The notes beneath the pieces are model-generated. The model was not told where the DNA came from. It saw only the letters and a program-made list of their open reading frames with translations, and ran no database searches. Below, piece by piece: positions 63,445-64,000 of a stretch of 64,000 nucleotides of DNA. The position numbers and the translations under genes were made by a program. Every line of letters begins with the position of its first letter. Position 1 is the stretch's first letter. This DNA is from Planctomycetota bacterium (GTDB taxonomy: Bacteria > Planctomycetota > UBA8108 > UBA1146): contig DUAN01000189.1 in NCBI GenBank assembly GCA_012960845.1, positions 2,942 to 66,941 on the forward strand, in the 5' to 3' direction.

Positions 63445-64000
63445 TCAGGGGTTGCAGCCGTAGCCGTTCGCCTGGTCCGGATCGAGACCCGCTTCCGGGA
63501 AGGGGGCCAGCGGCATCGGGCCACTGCGGAACAGATACGTGACGATGTAGATCGGATCTGCCAGATCGATCAGGGCGTCGCCATTGACCTCGCCCGCCTC
63601 CAGGCAGGCGGGAGCATCTCCGCCAGAAAAGAGGTAATAGGCCAGATACATCGCATCCCCGATGTCGAGTTGACTATCGCCATTGACCACTCCACGGATA
63701 AATCCGTAGGTAAAGGCTCCCGGCAATGTCGCCTCTCCCAGTGAATTGGCGACTCGAACATCGACCGCGCCGATGCCACTGATCGATGGCGGCAACAGAC
63801 CGGTCACGGTGTTGTCGTCGACCACGACCAGATCCAGCAGAACCACGCCGTCGATGGTGACCTCGGTATCGGACGCCGCGAGGAATCCAGATCCCGTCAC
63901 CTGTATGGCGATTCCACCCAGGTAGTGCCCGACCGTCGGAGAGACCCCCTCGGCGGTGACCGGGATGATCGAGGTGGTACAGATGGCGCTGACCACTTCA
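63445..64000 (-). CDS. IPT/TIG-domain protein with C-terminal dockerin-like domain; 5'-truncated by the window edge
   Basis: VSPTVG...GG..IQVTGSGF...VTIDG...VDVRVAN..G.ATLPGAFTY, then FIRGVVNGDSQLDIGDA...EVNGDALIDLADPI. Confidence 0.85.
   Translation of the reverse strand, partial: EVVSAICTTSIIPVTAEGVSPTVGHYLGGIAIQVTGSGFLAASDTEVTIDGVVLLDLVVVDDNTVTGLLPPSISGIGAVDVRVANSLGEATLPGAFTYGFIRGVVNGDSQLDIGDAMYLAYYLFSGGDAPACLEAGEVNGDALIDLADPIYIVTYLFRSGPMPLAPFPEAGLDPDQANGYGCNP

Overview
GC-rich bacterial chromosomal segment, probably from a Planctomycetota-like (PVC) lineage. This is inferred from dockerin-like C-terminal domains, HEAT+VWA secreted proteins and a long pseudopilin cassette. The window holds about 50 CDS, two tRNAs (Arg-CCG, Pro-CGG) and a cobalamin riboswitch; no CRISPR array, rRNA, integrase or transposase was seen. 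Three loci stand out. (1) 53.7-59.7 kb: a nucleotide-scavenging cluster built around one 936-aa ORF that fuses an exported UshA-type 5'-nucleotidase to a complete NupC/CNT nucleoside transporter, flanked by purine and uridine phosphorylases and a phosphohexomutase. (2) 13.8-33.0 kb: a tightly coupled ~19-kb T2SS/type-IV-pilus-like operon led by an FHA-GAF sigma54 activator and a double-FHA membrane protein. It contains a 1913-aa GspK/PilX-like pseudopilin with repeated phage-structural-like modules, but no ATPase, platform protein or secretin. (3) 9.6-12.6 kb: a cobalamin riboswitch controlling two secreted beta-propeller + dockerin-like proteins. The rest is mostly housekeeping (holA, dacB, pnp, rpsO, yqgF, manC, dtd, ymdB, rny, trkA/trkH, apaH, peptidases). 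All calls come from reading motifs by eye; no database searches were run.
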